NCBI RefSeq assembly: GCF_965249665.1
Contig: NZ_OZ252247.1
Coordinates: 2,339,282 to 2,403,281 of the forward strand
DNA length: 64,000 bases
Source: Oceanicaulis sp.
GTDB lineage: Bacteria > Pseudomonadota > Alphaproteobacteria > Caulobacterales > Maricaulaceae
Direction: 5' to 3'
This document shows positions 1 to 9,746 of this stretch, one piece after another. The notes below the pieces were generated by a model, which was not told where the DNA came from, did no database searches, and worked only from the letters and a program-made list of their open reading frames with translations. Position 1 is the stretch's first letter. Each line of letters opens with the position of its first letter. Both the position numbers and the translations under genes were made by a program.

Positions 1-1003
1 GCCAGCCTGCGTAAACGACCTCGCCCGGCGCAGGCGCCACAATAGGTGCGTTTCTGTAAGCGGCGAAATCCTTGCCGGCGTGCATGGCCAGACGGCGCGT
101 GAACGGGTCAATGCGGGCGCCATATCGGGATGTCTCGCGGAAAGGCCCGTCAATGGGCAGGCCCAGAGGTGCGGCGTTGAGCAGGTTTTCCACCTGTTCG
201 CTTTCCACGATCCGGTTCGCGATGCGGGCGACGCGCGCATTGAACGGGTCATCAAGGTTCAGCGCATCGCTGAACAGCGGCGCCTGATCGAGACTGATCA
301 GAGGTCCGCCCGTGCCGCCGTCTTCACCCTCCAGCGGGCCTTCCTGCATGGCTTCGTCCACCCGCATGCCGGTCAGGCGCAAGACCGCGCGCAAATTCTC
401 GAGGCGGCGCTCGGCGGCGTTCTCGGCTTCGGCCAGGGCGGCTTCCTGATCGGCCAACAGCGCGGCGACGCGCTCTTCAGCCAGGCCGTCAAAGGCTTCT
501 TCCCCGACCGGGTCGAGCAGCGCCTGGCGCGGATCAGGGTCGGCGGGCGAGGCCGCCATCAGGATGCGGCCTTCATCCAGGCTGGGGCTTTCGCGTTCTT
601 CACCGACCGACAAATCGTCGGCGAAATCCAAAAGGCGGCGAAGCGTGTCATGACGCATCTGGAATTCGCCCGCCGTGCGGTCAAAGGCGTCGGTGCGCGA
701 TTCCATATAGGCGATGGCGGCGGCCTCAGCGGCGCGCGCTTCATCAACCTCGTTTTGATATTCGGCTTCGATCTGGGCGAACTGTTGCTTGACGCGCTGA
801 TCGGCTCGACCGTCGAGCAGCATGCCGACGGTGGTCAAAGACAGCCAGACCGCCAGCAGACACACGCCTCCAATTGCCGAGAGTTGCATCTCGGTCGTGA
901 TAGCGAAGTATCTCACCTGACCCTCGGTCCGATGATAGATCTGCCGATCAGGGAAGCGTTGCTTAATCTGCTCCCAAGGCCCGGCCAGTAGTCGTTTCAC
1001 CAT
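1..1003 (-). CDS. M23/LytM-family metallopeptidase (partial; 3' end runs off the window)
   Basis: Absent from the ORF track because there is no stop inside the window. My translation of the minus strand from ATG 1003..1001 gives MVKRLLAGPWEQIKQRF..., then one TM segment (LSAIGGVCLLAVWLSLTTVGML) and a coiled-coil-like middle. It ends with ...RYGARIDPFTRRLAMHAGKDFAAYRNAPIVAPAPGEVVYAGW, a LytM HxxxD region. The opposite-strand ORF 80..991 is an Arg/Ala/Gly-rich shadow. Confidence 0.8.
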   Translation of the reverse strand, partial: MVKRLLAGPWEQIKQRFPDRQIYHRTEGQVRYFAITTEMQLSAIGGVCLLAVWLSLTTVGMLLDGRADQRVKQQFAQIEAEYQNEVDEARAAEAAAIAYMESRTDAFDRTAGEFQMRHDTLRRLLDFADDLSVGEERESPSLDEGRILMAASPADPDPRQALLDPVGEEAFDGLAEERVAALLADQEAALAEAENAAERRLENLRAVLRLTGMRVDEAMQEGPLEGEDGGTGGPLISLDQAPLFSDALNLDDPFNARVARIANRIVESEQVENLLNAAPLGLPIDGPFRETSRYGARIDPFTRRLAMHAGKDFAAYRNAPIVAPAPGEVVYAGW

Positions 1004-1158
1004 CCGACTGCGTTCGCCTCGCTATCCTCGCCCCTCGATGCGCTATCTCGCATGATAACGCATCGTTTATCAACTGATCCGTTGCAAGCCCTGTTCCGGT
1101 CCCTATGGGACTCATATGAAAATGTCCCGTGCGTCGGCGTCAGATGCAAGTCCTGGTT

Positions 1159-2001
1159 TCAGGAAAGCTGTTCCGCCAAAGGCTCGTAGAAACAGCCTGG
1201 CAAGCCCGCCGCCCTTCGGGCGTCGTCATTGAAGGGGCGCTTTAGCGCGCCGCTGAAATAGGTTGAAACCAGCCGATGGAAGCAGTGTTCGGGCGTTTCG
1301 GTCTCATCGCGGCACACATGGTCAAACCAGCGCGCGCCTGCGGCGACATGGCCCACCTCCTCTTCGTAGATCACACTCAGGATGGCGACGCTTTCAGCAT
1401 CGCCCACGCTTGAGAGCTTCTCGATCATGGGTGGGGTGACGTCCAGCCCGCGCGCTTCCAGCACCAGCGGTGCGACGGCAAGACGCGCCGCCAGGTCATG
1501 CGCCGTGTTTTGCGCCGCCTCCCACAGCCCGTCATGGGCGGGCAGATCCCCATAATCGCCGCCCATCTGCTGAAGACGCTTACGCACCATGGTGAAATGA
1601 CGCGCTTCGTCATCTCCGACGCTGATCCAGTCTGACACAAAGGTGGCGCGTTGATCGTCCGCGATTCTGCGGTCGCCTGCGAAACGGGCGACCATGTCAA
1701 AATGCAGATCTATGGCGTTGAACTCGATATGCGCCACGGCGTGCATCAAGGCGAAGCGCCCCTCAAGACTGCCCAAGCGCCGTCGCGGCGTTTGTCCGGG
1801 CGGTTTCAATTCCGGTCGCGGCGGCCGGCCTGGCGCGGCAGGCGCACGCGAGGGGGCGCCGGGTTCGGGCAAGAGGAGGTCGCCTGCTCGCCAGGCGGCG
1901 GCGGTCTCTCGCGCCAATTGGGATTTGGCGTCAGGGGTGGAGGTGGCGACAACGCGGGCCGCCGCCTCCATCACGCACGGTTTGAGGAGGTGTTGCGTCA
2001 C
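1159..2001 (-). CDS. Ferritin-like DUF455 family protein
   Basis: 280 aa ORF with HAVAHIEFNAIDL ... EEEVGHVAAGARWF, the di-iron/ferritin-like pattern typical of DUF455. Overlaps the bcp stop by 4 nt, suggesting an operon. Confidence 0.7.
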   Translation of the reverse strand: MTQHLLKPCVMEAAARVVATSTPDAKSQLARETAAAWRAGDLLLPEPGAPSRAPAAPGRPPRPELKPPGQTPRRRLGSLEGRFALMHAVAHIEFNAIDLHFDMVARFAGDRRIADDQRATFVSDWISVGDDEARHFTMVRKRLQQMGGDYGDLPAHDGLWEAAQNTAHDLAARLAVAPLVLEARGLDVTPPMIEKLSSVGDAESVAILSVIYEEEVGHVAAGARWFDHVCRDETETPEHCFHRLVSTYFSGALKRPFNDDARRAAGLPGCFYEPLAEQLS

Positions 2002-2465
2002 GCAGATTTCACCGCGTCCAGAACCGCCTCCACATGGCCTTTGACTTTCACTTTGCGCCAGACCTTCTGGATCACGCCGTCGGAACCAATCAGATAGGTG
2101 CAGCGTTCAATGCCCATGTATTTGCGCCCGTACATGGTCTTCTCCACCCAAGCGCCATAGGCTTCGGTGACGGAGCCGTCTTCGTCCGAAGCCAGAATGA
2201 CTTTCAGCGCATGCTTGTCGCGAAACTTGTCATGCTTGGCTACGGTGTCCTTGGACAGGCCGATGACCACCGTGTTTTCGGCGTTGAATGCGTCGATATG
2301 CTCAGAGAAGCCGATGGCCTCAGTCGTACAGCCGGGCGTGTCATCCTTGGGATAAAAATACAGGACGACAGATTTGCCCTTCAGCTCATGTAATGACACC
2401 TGTCGGCCGCCATCTGCAGGAAGCGTGAAGTCTGGGGCCTTGTCGCCGGGCTTAAGCTCGCTCAT
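1998..2465 (-). CDS. bcp: Thioredoxin-dependent thiol peroxidase (Bcp-type peroxiredoxin)
   Basis: 155 aa with FYPKDDTPGCTTEA, the peroxidatic Cys motif. Length and the remaining sequence are typical of Bcp/PrxQ. Confidence 0.9.
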   Translation of the reverse strand: MSELKPGDKAPDFTLPADGGRQVSLHELKGKSVVLYFYPKDDTPGCTTEAIGFSEHIDAFNAENTVVIGLSKDTVAKHDKFRDKHALKVILASDEDGSVTEAYGAWVEKTMYGRKYMGIERCTYLIGSDGVIQKVWRKVKVKGHVEAVLDAVKSA

Positions 2466-2559
2466 GAGTGTCGTCCTTGATGATGATTTCCGATACTTCG
2501 GACCGGAAGATTGTCAATTCACCCCGCCACGTCCAGTCGCGACCCGACTTTGAGTTCAC

Positions 2560-5500
2560 ATGCGCCGTATCGCTCGTCTGTCCCTTCTCTATGTGCTTGA
2601 AGCGATCGCCGCCTTGCTGGCGCTGGCTGTGGTGGCGTTCGGCGCGGCGTTGTGGCGTCTTGCAGAGGGGCCGGTCAACGCCGAGATGATCCGCCCTGTC
2701 GTTACGGAAGTCCTGCTGGATGCGGTCAAGGGCGACGCAGCGGCCATTGGCGATCTTGAGATCAGCTTCGATCCCGCGCTCGCCGCCCTTGTGGTGACCG
2801 CGCGTGATGTTCGCATTACGCGTGACACAGGCGATGTCGTCATTTCCTCTGAGCTTATCGAAGCGGGTCTGGCGCTCGATCTGTTGATGACGGGCAGGAT
2901 TGCGCCCGTCAGCCTTGAGGCGCGCGGCGGCACTCTCTGGTTGTACCGAGACGCGCTGGGGCGTCTGACCGGCGGGCTGGGCGCGCTTGATGACCGGTTC
3001 GGCGCCACCCAGGAAAACGACAGCGTCACGCCTGATTTCGATATGGACCAGGCCAGCGCGGTGTTTGCGCGCTTGTTGATGGTGGATGTCTCTGACGTCA
3101 CCTTGCAGGTGCGTGAAGAATTTCATGACTGGACGGGGCTGTTCACGGGCATGGGCGGCGCGATGAACCTGTCGGACGGGGTAGTGTCGCTGCGGGCGGA
3201 AGGCGGGCTGGTCACCTCCGCCGGCATGGCGCCGATCACGCTGGATGTGCAGACGGGCCGGTCGCTCGACAGCGTCTTTGTCGAGGCGCGCCTGTCCAAT
3301 CTCGTGCCTGCAGCGGCTGCGCCCTTGCAAGGCCCGTTTGCGGGGGTGTCCGCTCTGGATGCGCCGTTTGACATGCACCTCGTCTTTGACGCCTCCCGAG
3401 ACGAGGGCCTGCGACAAGCCAGCCTGCAGATGGCGGCGCAGTCCGGCGTTGTGCGCACCGCCAGCGGACAGACCGACATCCGCGACGCCCGCATTGATGC
3501 GGCGCTGGATGTGGAGGCGGGGCGCCTGGACCTTCAGGCTTTGGAAGTGGATTCAGACCTTTTGTCCTTGTCGCTGAGCGGCGCGCTGTTTGACTTTTCC
3601 GATTATGACAACGCCATTCCGGCTCAGGCGCGCTATGAGCTGACGTCTGGTGCAGGACGCCTGGATCTCAATGGCGCCTTTCCAGAGCCTTTGCAGTGGC
3701 GATCGGCCGAGCTGGCGGGAACGCTGGACCTGGAAGAAAGCCTGATCAGCTTTGAAACGCTGAACGCAGTGCTGCCCGCCGCCCGAACAACACTGACAGG
3801 GTCGCTGGCGCTGGAGCCGACCGTTGCGGGTTTGCTGCCCACCGTTAAACTCAACGGTCCGGTTGAGGGCGCGCTGACCAAGGAAGACGTTCTCAACCAT
3901 TGGCCTGTCAATTTCGCGCTCGGCGCCCGGGACTGGGTGCGTGACAGCATTCTGGACGGCCGGGTCACCAGCGCGACGCTTGATCTCAACCTCACCGCCC
4001 AGGCGCTGGCCGCCAAGACGTTGTCAGACGAAGATCTGACCCTCAGTTTCCAGTTCTCCGATGCCGATGTGCGCTATATGAGCACGATGACGCCGCTGCT
4101 GGGGCTGTCGGGAGACGCGGTGCTGCGGGGCAACTCTCTCAGCCTCGAAGGCGCGGGCGGGGCGATCGGTGAGATTAGAGCGACGCAGATCTATGTGGAC
4201 ATTCCGCGTTTGAATCCCAAAGGCGCCGTGGCGCGCTTTGGCGGTACGGGCAGGGGGGAAGTCTCGGACTTCCTGGCGCTTGTCAGTGAACCGCCGCTTA
4301 ATCTGTCGACCGAGTATGGCTTTGATCCCACCGCTTTTGGCGGGCAGGGCGAGCTGGCGTTTGAAATCCGCCGTCCGATGTTGCGCTCCGTACCCGCCGA
4401 GGATCTGGGGTTTGAGATTACGGGACAGTTTGAGGATGTGTCAGGTCCGGCCGGCCCGCCTGGCGTCTCGCTGTCAGACGGTGCGGTCACCCTGACGGTC
4501 AATCCTGAAGGTCTTCGGGCTGAAGGGGATGCGCGGATCGCCTCAGCGGATGCTCAGATCGTCTGGACGGAAACGTTCGGGCTCGAGCCCGAGGTCAATT
4601 CGACAGAGGTGCGCGTGACCTCTGTCATGACCGCACGAGAGCTGGACCAGCTCGGTTTGCCCTTGCGGCGCTTCATGGACGGAGCGGTGGGCGTTGACGC
4701 GACGATTGAAGGCCGGGGTCTCGCCTTCTCGCAAATGGCGGTGGAGCTTGACCTCCAGAACGCCGCTATCGCCCTGCCTGCGGGGCTGTGGGACAAGCCC
4801 GCAGGCGAGTCCGCCGCCGCGTCCTTGCAGGCGGGGGTGACGGAGACCGGCGCGGTTCAGCTGAACCAGCTGCGCCTGACGGGCGAGGGCGTGGCGTTGG
4901 AGACCAGCGCGGACCTGGCGCCGGACGGGCGCTTGCTGGCGGCGCAGGCCTCTCGCGTCTTTGTCCGCGACAGGCTTGATCTGAGTGCAGACATTTCCCG
5001 TCCAGACGGTCCGGAGGGTGTGCTTCAAATCGCGGTCCAGGGCCCGTTCATGGACGCTGAAGATCTGTTCGGCATTGCGGCGCCGTCAGGGGGCGGCATG
5101 ACCTTGGGCGCCTCGGTGAATTTTGAAGGTGTTTTGGATCGGGTTCTGGTGCGGGATCAGCGTTTTACGGATGTCGGACTGGTGCTGAACGTGCGGCCTC
5201 AAGGCGTTGAGCGTTTCGTGCTGGAGGCTGACGCTGCGCAAGGCCCCGTCATTGTCCGGTTTGAACCTGAAGAAGACACCGGCGTGCGCCGGTTGAGCGC
5301 AATGGGGCCGGACGCAGGCCTGTTGCTCTCGGCTTTCGCCGGGTTTGACAATATTTACGGCGGATCTTTGAGGTTAAGTGGACAGGCGCCGCCTCTGGGG
5401 CAGCCCGGCGGGGTTGCTGGCGAGATCGAAGTGGGCGCCTTTACGCTGAACCGCATGCCTTTGCTGGCGCGGGTCCTGGCGGCCGGCTCGCTGGAAGGGC

Positions 5501-6024
5501 TGGGCGGCCTGCTGAGCGGTCAGGGCATCGGCTTTGAACGTTTGCGGAGCGAATTTGTCTGGCAAGACGGCATTATTGAGATGCGTGAGGCGCGCGTCGC
5601 CGGAGCGTCTCTGGGGGCGACGTGGAACGGGCTTGTGGATTTCAGCGATGAACGCATGTCGGTGAACGGCACGCTGTTGCCCTCTTACGGTGTCAATTCC
5701 GTTCTGGGCTCTGTTCCGGTTTTGGGCGAATTGTTGACGTCGCGGCGGGGCGAAGGCGTGATCGGGGTGACCTTCTCGGTCAGCGGCCCGTTCAGTGAAA
5801 CGCGCGTCAGCGCCAATCCGCTTTCCGCGCTCGCGCCAGGAGTGTTCCGGCGCATTTTCGAAGGGACGTCTGCGGAGCGCGAGCTTGAGGCGCTAGAGGC
5901 GGAACGCCGCGAGGAACAGGCTGAGGCCCGTGAAGCGCGCGAGACCCCGGCTGATGACGATGAAACACCGCCGGACGGCCCCGCCGATCCGCCTTCGGAC
6001 ACGCCGCAACAGGATACGCCATGA
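2560..6024 (+). CDS. AsmA/YhdP-like large envelope protein (DUF3971 / AsmA-like C-terminal region)
   Basis: 1154 aa with an N-terminal TM anchor (LSLLYVLEAIAALLALAVVAFGAAL) and a long beta-rich body. The conserved C-terminal block is GTLLPSYGVNSVLGSVPVLGELLTSRRGEGVIGVTFSVSGPF, followed by an acidic Pro-rich tail. Confidence 0.7.
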   Translation: MRRIARLSLLYVLEAIAALLALAVVAFGAALWRLAEGPVNAEMIRPVVTEVLLDAVKGDAAAIGDLEISFDPALAALVVTARDVRITRDTGDVVISSELIEAGLALDLLMTGRIAPVSLEARGGTLWLYRDALGRLTGGLGALDDRFGATQENDSVTPDFDMDQASAVFARLLMVDVSDVTLQVREEFHDWTGLFTGMGGAMNLSDGVVSLRAEGGLVTSAGMAPITLDVQTGRSLDSVFVEARLSNLVPAAAAPLQGPFAGVSALDAPFDMHLVFDASRDEGLRQASLQMAAQSGVVRTASGQTDIRDARIDAALDVEAGRLDLQALEVDSDLLSLSLSGALFDFSDYDNAIPAQARYELTSGAGRLDLNGAFPEPLQWRSAELAGTLDLEESLISFETLNAVLPAARTTLTGSLALEPTVAGLLPTVKLNGPVEGALTKEDVLNHWPVNFALGARDWVRDSILDGRVTSATLDLNLTAQALAAKTLSDEDLTLSFQFSDADVRYMSTMTPLLGLSGDAVLRGNSLSLEGAGGAIGEIRATQIYVDIPRLNPKGAVARFGGTGRGEVSDFLALVSEPPLNLSTEYGFDPTAFGGQGELAFEIRRPMLRSVPAEDLGFEITGQFEDVSGPAGPPGVSLSDGAVTLTVNPEGLRAEGDARIASADAQIVWTETFGLEPEVNSTEVRVTSVMTARELDQLGLPLRRFMDGAVGVDATIEGRGLAFSQMAVELDLQNAAIALPAGLWDKPAGESAAASLQAGVTETGAVQLNQLRLTGEGVALETSADLAPDGRLLAAQASRVFVRDRLDLSADISRPDGPEGVLQIAVQGPFMDAEDLFGIAAPSGGGMTLGASVNFEGVLDRVLVRDQRFTDVGLVLNVRPQGVERFVLEADAAQGPVIVRFEPEEDTGVRRLSAMGPDAGLLLSAFAGFDNIYGGSLRLSGQAPPLGQPGGVAGEIEVGAFTLNRMPLLARVLAAGSLEGLGGLLSGQGIGFERLRSEFVWQDGIIEMREARVAGASLGATWNGLVDFSDERMSVNGTLLPSYGVNSVLGSVPVLGELLTSRRGEGVIGVTFSVSGPFSETRVSANPLSALAPGVFRRIFEGTSAERELEALEAERREEQAEAREARETPADDDETPPDGPADPPSDTPQQDTP

Positions 6025-7127
6025 TCTGCATCGGTTTGATGAGCGGCACCTCGCTGGACGGCGTGGACGCCGCCTTGCTTGAAACGGACGGCGAGACCCT
6101 CACCCGATTTGGTCCGGGGGCGGAAACCGCCTTTACCGCCCGGGAGCGCGCCGTGTTGAAAGCAGCGGTCGAGGCTGCGCTCGACTGGCGTTTTGAAGGG
6201 GCGGAGCCTGAGATTTTCAGGCAGGCTGAAGACGTTCTGACCCAGACCCATCAACGCGCTGTGGAGGCTGTCGCCGCGCGCGCTGGGCTGACACTGGCGG
6301 AGATTGACCTTGTCGGCTTTCATGGTCAGACGGTCATTCATGTCCCGCCGCAAGCCGGACGACCGGGCCGCACTCGCCAACTGGGTGACGGAACCGCGCT
6401 GGCGCAGCGTCTCGGCGTGCCTGTGGCGTATGATTTTCGCTCCGCTGACATGGATGCTGGCGGGCACGGCGCGCCGCTGGCCCCGGTTTATCACGAGGTG
6501 TTGGCGCGGTGGTCGGGTCTTGAGCGGCCTTTGGGCGTTCTCAATATCGGCGGCGTCGCCAATCTGACCCTGATCCGCTCAGACGGATCGCTCGACGCCT
6601 TTGACACCGGGCCCGGCAACGGGCTGATCGACGCCTGGGTTGAGGAGCGCACGGGGCAGGCCATGGACCGCGACGGCGCCTTGGCGGCTGAAGGACGCGT
6701 GCATGAAGCGGGGCTCGCGGAATTGCTGGCGCACCCTCACTTTGCGCTGGAAGGCCCCAAATCCCTCGATCGTTGGGACTTCTCCCTGGATGCGGCGCGC
6801 AATCTGAGGGTGGAAGATGGTGCGGCGACTTTGAGCCAGTTCACCGCTGAAGCCATTGGCCAAGGCTTGGCGGCCTGTCTTGAGCGCCCTGAGCGTCTGA
6901 TCGTCTGCGGCGGCGGACGCAAGAATGCGGATCTTTTGCGCCGGATCAGTGCTGTGACCGGGATTAAGGTCTGCAGCGCGGAAGCGGTCGGTTGGCGTGG
7001 CGATCTGATTGAAGCGGAAGCCTTTGCGGTGCTTGCGGCGCGAACACTGCGCGGCTTGCCCCTCAGCTTTCCAGGCACTACGGGGGTTGCGAAACCGATC
7101 ACGGGCGGCCTTATCGCGCGGCCTTGA
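6021..7127 (+). CDS. anmK: Anhydro-N-acetylmuramic acid kinase
   Basis: 368 aa. The N-terminus IGLMSGTSLDGVDAALLETDG is the AnmK signature. Overlaps the upstream stop by 4 nt. Confidence 0.9.
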   Translation: MICIGLMSGTSLDGVDAALLETDGETLTRFGPGAETAFTARERAVLKAAVEAALDWRFEGAEPEIFRQAEDVLTQTHQRAVEAVAARAGLTLAEIDLVGFHGQTVIHVPPQAGRPGRTRQLGDGTALAQRLGVPVAYDFRSADMDAGGHGAPLAPVYHEVLARWSGLERPLGVLNIGGVANLTLIRSDGSLDAFDTGPGNGLIDAWVEERTGQAMDRDGALAAEGRVHEAGLAELLAHPHFALEGPKSLDRWDFSLDAARNLRVEDGAATLSQFTAEAIGQGLAACLERPERLIVCGGGRKNADLLRRISAVTGIKVCSAEAVGWRGDLIEAEAFAVLAARTLRGLPLSFPGTTGVAKPITGGLIARP

Positions 7128-7150
7128 GCGTTTGAGCTATGGGTGCAATT

Positions 7151-7180
7151 AAAAACCCCGGCGCAGAACGCCGGGGTTTT
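7151..7180. terminator. Bidirectional intrinsic terminator between convergent anmK and the hydrolase gene
   Basis: aaaaa-ccccggcg-cagaa-cgccgggg-tttt: 8 bp GC stem flanked by an A-run and a T-run. Confidence 0.75.
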
Positions 7181-7208
7181 GTCATGAGCAGGCGATGTGT
7201 CTGACGGC

Positions 7209-7892
7209 TTAGCGCTTGCCGGTGTTCGCCATTTCAGCGCGCTCGACTTCCACTTGCGGAAGACGATTGTCGAGATAGGTTTTCACCGACGCTTCGAGCG
7301 GATCAAGGTGATCGGTGAACAAATGGCCTGCGCCCTTGATGATGTCATGGGTCATGATGATGCCCTTCTGGGTGCGCACCTTGCTCATGGCGCGCTCCAT
7401 CTCATCATGAGGCACGATCGCGTCCGCTTCCCCGTGTGCAATCAGACCAGATGCCGGGCAGGGCGCCAGGAAGCTGAAATCATACATGTTTGTGGGCGGC
7501 GACACAGAGATGAAGCCGGCGATCTCCGGGCGGCGCATCAAGAGCTGCATGGCGATCCAGGCGCCGAAGGAATGACCGGCGACCCAGCAATAGGATGCAT
7601 TGGGATTATGCGCCTGCGCCCAGTCGAGCGCGGTCGCAGCGTCTGACAGCTCACCCAGGCCCTGATCATAGGTTCCCTGGCTGCGGCCGACGCCGCGGAA
7701 ATTGAACCGCAGCACGGAAAACCCGCGCTCCTTGAACTCGTCATACATCATGGTGCTGACCGGCGTGTCCATATGACCGCCGCCCCGCGGGTGAGCATGC
7801 AGGATCAGCGCTACCGGAGCGCCAGGAGTCTTGGACGGGCTGTATTTGCCTTCAAGGCGGCCGGCCGGGCCGGGAATGATAACGTCGGGCAT
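7209..7892 (-). CDS. Alpha/beta hydrolase fold protein
   Basis: 227 aa with a nucleophile elbow GHSFGAW. The overall pattern matches COG2945-type serine hydrolases. Confidence 0.8.
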   Translation of the reverse strand: MPDVIIPGPAGRLEGKYSPSKTPGAPVALILHAHPRGGGHMDTPVSTMMYDEFKERGFSVLRFNFRGVGRSQGTYDQGLGELSDAATALDWAQAHNPNASYCWVAGHSFGAWIAMQLLMRRPEIAGFISVSPPTNMYDFSFLAPCPASGLIAHGEADAIVPHDEMERAMSKVRTQKGIIMTHDIIKGAGHLFTDHLDPLEASVKTYLDNRLPQVEVERAEMANTGKR

Positions 7893-8125
7893 GGAAAGCT
7901 TACGGGTCCTGCTTCAATTTCCCTAGCTCTGCACTCAGGAATTGATTTCCAGGTGGTGCAAGGGGTATGCGAAAACCAAGTCCTAATACTTGACTCTCGC
8001 GCTGGGGATACTAGCTCCCTAATGCGCGAGCGATGTCAGACAAACGGATCGGCCTCTTAACACGGTCGGGCCGCACAATGCGAGCGCATCGCGCTTATTT
8101 GTACGGGTTAGCCAAGGATAATGTC

Positions 8126-8590
8126 ATGAAGCTGAGCACCAAGGGGCGTTATGCAGTGATGGCCATGGTCGATCTCGCCCAGGCCAGCCTAGAGCGTCCT
8201 GTGCCGCTGGGTGACATCGCCTCGCGCCAGGAAATTTCGCTCTCCTATCTTGAGCAATTGTTCGCAAAACTGCGCCGTGCGGGCGTCGTCAAGTCCGTGC
8301 GCGGCCCGGGCGGCGGTTACAAGTTGGGGCGGGGGCTGAATGAAACTCGCATCGCCGACATCATGCTGGCGGTTGAAGAGCCGGTGGACGTAACCCGGTG
8401 CCAGGGCAAGGCGGCGGGATGTCTGGAAAGCGGTCGCCGCTGCGTCACCCATGACCTGTGGGATGAGCTGAGCCGGCATATCCATCTGTTCCTCAGCGAT
8501 GTGACCCTGGAAGACGTGCTGGAGCGCCGTGTAATGGGGCTGTCCATGGGGCGCCGTACGGCGGCGACTCTGGAGGCGGTGGCGGAGTGA
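8126..8590 (+). CDS. iscR: Rrf2-family transcriptional regulator, IscR-like
   Basis: The track ORF starts at 8033, but the conserved Rrf2 N-terminus MKLSTKGRYAVMAMVDLA begins at ATG 8126. A Cys-x6-Cys-x6-Cys-x2-His cluster-ligand pattern is present (CQGKAAGCLESGRRCVTH). The gene sits directly upstream of the suf genes. Confidence 0.8.
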   Translation: MKLSTKGRYAVMAMVDLAQASLERPVPLGDIASRQEISLSYLEQLFAKLRRAGVVKSVRGPGGGYKLGRGLNETRIADIMLAVEEPVDVTRCQGKAAGCLESGRRCVTHDLWDELSRHIHLFLSDVTLEDVLERRVMGLSMGRRTAATLEAVAE

Positions 8591-9726
8591 CGGTCTATCT
8601 CGATCATAACGCTACGGCGCCGATCCGGCCTGAAGCGCGTGACAGCGTGATCGAGGCCTTGGACACCGTCGGCAATCCGTCTTCGGTTCACGGGGCCGGA
8701 CGAGCGGCGCGTGCGTGTATCGAAGCGGCGCGTAGCGTGATCGCAAAGGCGCTCTGTGCGCGGGTCGAAGACCTGGTCTTCACCTCGGGCGGGACCGAAG
8801 CGAACAATCTGGGTCTGAAGGCTGGCATCGCGGCTGGCGCGAACCGCGTGGTCATGTCCGCGATCGAGCATGAAGCCATAGGCGCTGCGGCGCAGACATT
8901 GGGCGTGCCCTGTGAAGTCTGGCCGGTGACCGCTGACGGAATTGCGGACATCCAATGGCTTCACGATCGCCTGCAACGGGCTGAACGAGAAAGCGAAACG
9001 CCAATCCTTTTCGCGCTTATGGCGGCCAATAACGAAACCGGCGTGATCCAGCCCTATGAACAGACGGGACGGATGATCCGCGAGGCAGGGCATCTCTATC
9101 ACATTGACGCTGTCCAGATGCTGGGCAAGGCGAGCTTTGATTTTGCTGGCTCCATGGCTCATTTCGCCGCGCTGTCCTCTCACAAGGTCGGCGGCCCTCA
9201 AGGCGTCGGCGCACTGGCTGTGTCGTGCGAGGCGGGCGTCGCAGCGCAAATCATTGGCGGCGGTCAGGAAAAAGGCCGACGCGCGGGCACGGAAAACGTG
9301 GCTGGTATCGCTGGTTTCGGCGCGGCTGTCGGTGCAGCTGGATCTGAGGAAGAGCGTATCCGGATCAAGGGTTTGCGCGATGCTTTGCAAGCACGGCTTC
9401 AGGCGGGCGCTCCCGAATTGACGGTTTGGGGTGAGCGCGAGCCCCGGCTCGATAACACGCTGTGCCTGTCCGCGCCGGGCTGGCCCAGCGAGATCCAGGT
9501 CATCGCGCTTGATTTGAACGGTTTTGCCGTCAGCGCCGGATCGGCCTGCTCATCGGGCAAGGTGCGCAAGTCCAAAGTGCTGGAAGCCATGGGGGCGTCG
9601 TCTGCAGATGCGGAGAGCGCACTGCGCATCTCTTTAGGCTGGACGACGACTGAAGACGATATCGAGGCGTTCGCGAACGCCTGGCTGAGTGAATATGCCC
9701 GCCTGCGCCCTCGCGCGGCGGTCTGA
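8587..9726 (+). CDS. Cysteine desulfurase, NifS/IscS-type (class V aminotransferase)
   Basis: 379 aa with a PLP-lysine region [10 protein letters not shown] and the active-site loop SAGSACSSG. Confidence 0.85.
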   Translation: MTVYLDHNATAPIRPEARDSVIEALDTVGNPSSVHGAGRAARACIEAARSVIAKALCARVEDLVFTSGGTEANNLGLKAGIAAGANRVVMSAIEHEAIGAAAQTLGVPCEVWPVTADGIADIQWLHDRLQRAERESETPILFALMAANNETGVIQPYEQTGRMIREAGHLYHIDAVQMLGKASFDFAGSMAHFAALSSHKVGGPQGVGALAVSCEAGVAAQIIGGGQEKGRRAGTENVAGIAGFGAAVGAAGSEEERIRIKGLRDALQARLQAGAPELTVWGEREPRLDNTLCLSAPGWPSEIQVIALDLNGFAVSAGSACSSGKVRKSKVLEAMGASSADAESALRISLGWTTTEDDIEAFANAWLSEYARLRPRAAV

Positions 9727-9746
9727 GAGTAAAAAGGAAGCGGCTG

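Noticed and set aside
80-991. 303 aa plus-strand ORF covering the left end of the window
   Set aside because: Its Arg/Ala/Gly-rich composition has no motifs. The opposite strand encodes a recognisable M23/LytM peptidase with a TM segment and HxxxD region. This is the typical antisense shadow ORF of GC-rich DNA.
7986-8010. IscR type-1-like box upstream of the Rrf2 regulator gene
   Set aside because: ATACTTGACT matches the left half of the E. coli type-1 consensus (ATASYYGACT) and overlaps a TTGACT hexamer. However, the right half-site is not recognisable and no convincing -10 follows at 16-18 bp. This is too weak to call.
8317-9390. Long antisense ORFs opposite well-recognised genes. This one is 357 aa. 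Others of the same kind: 2452..3417, 5685..6494, 10071..11069, 13036..13977, 14016..14804, 20548..21270, 35780..37243, 49797..50408, 59994..60761, 61528..62271, 62586..63161 and 63198..63857.
   Set aside because: Each lies fully inside a strongly conserved gene on the other strand (nifS-like, AsmA-like, sufB, sufD, sufS, amidohydrolase, maeB, kinase, tig, clpP, clpX). All have the R/A/G/H-rich, low-complexity composition expected from stop-codon-poor alternative frames in high-GC DNA.
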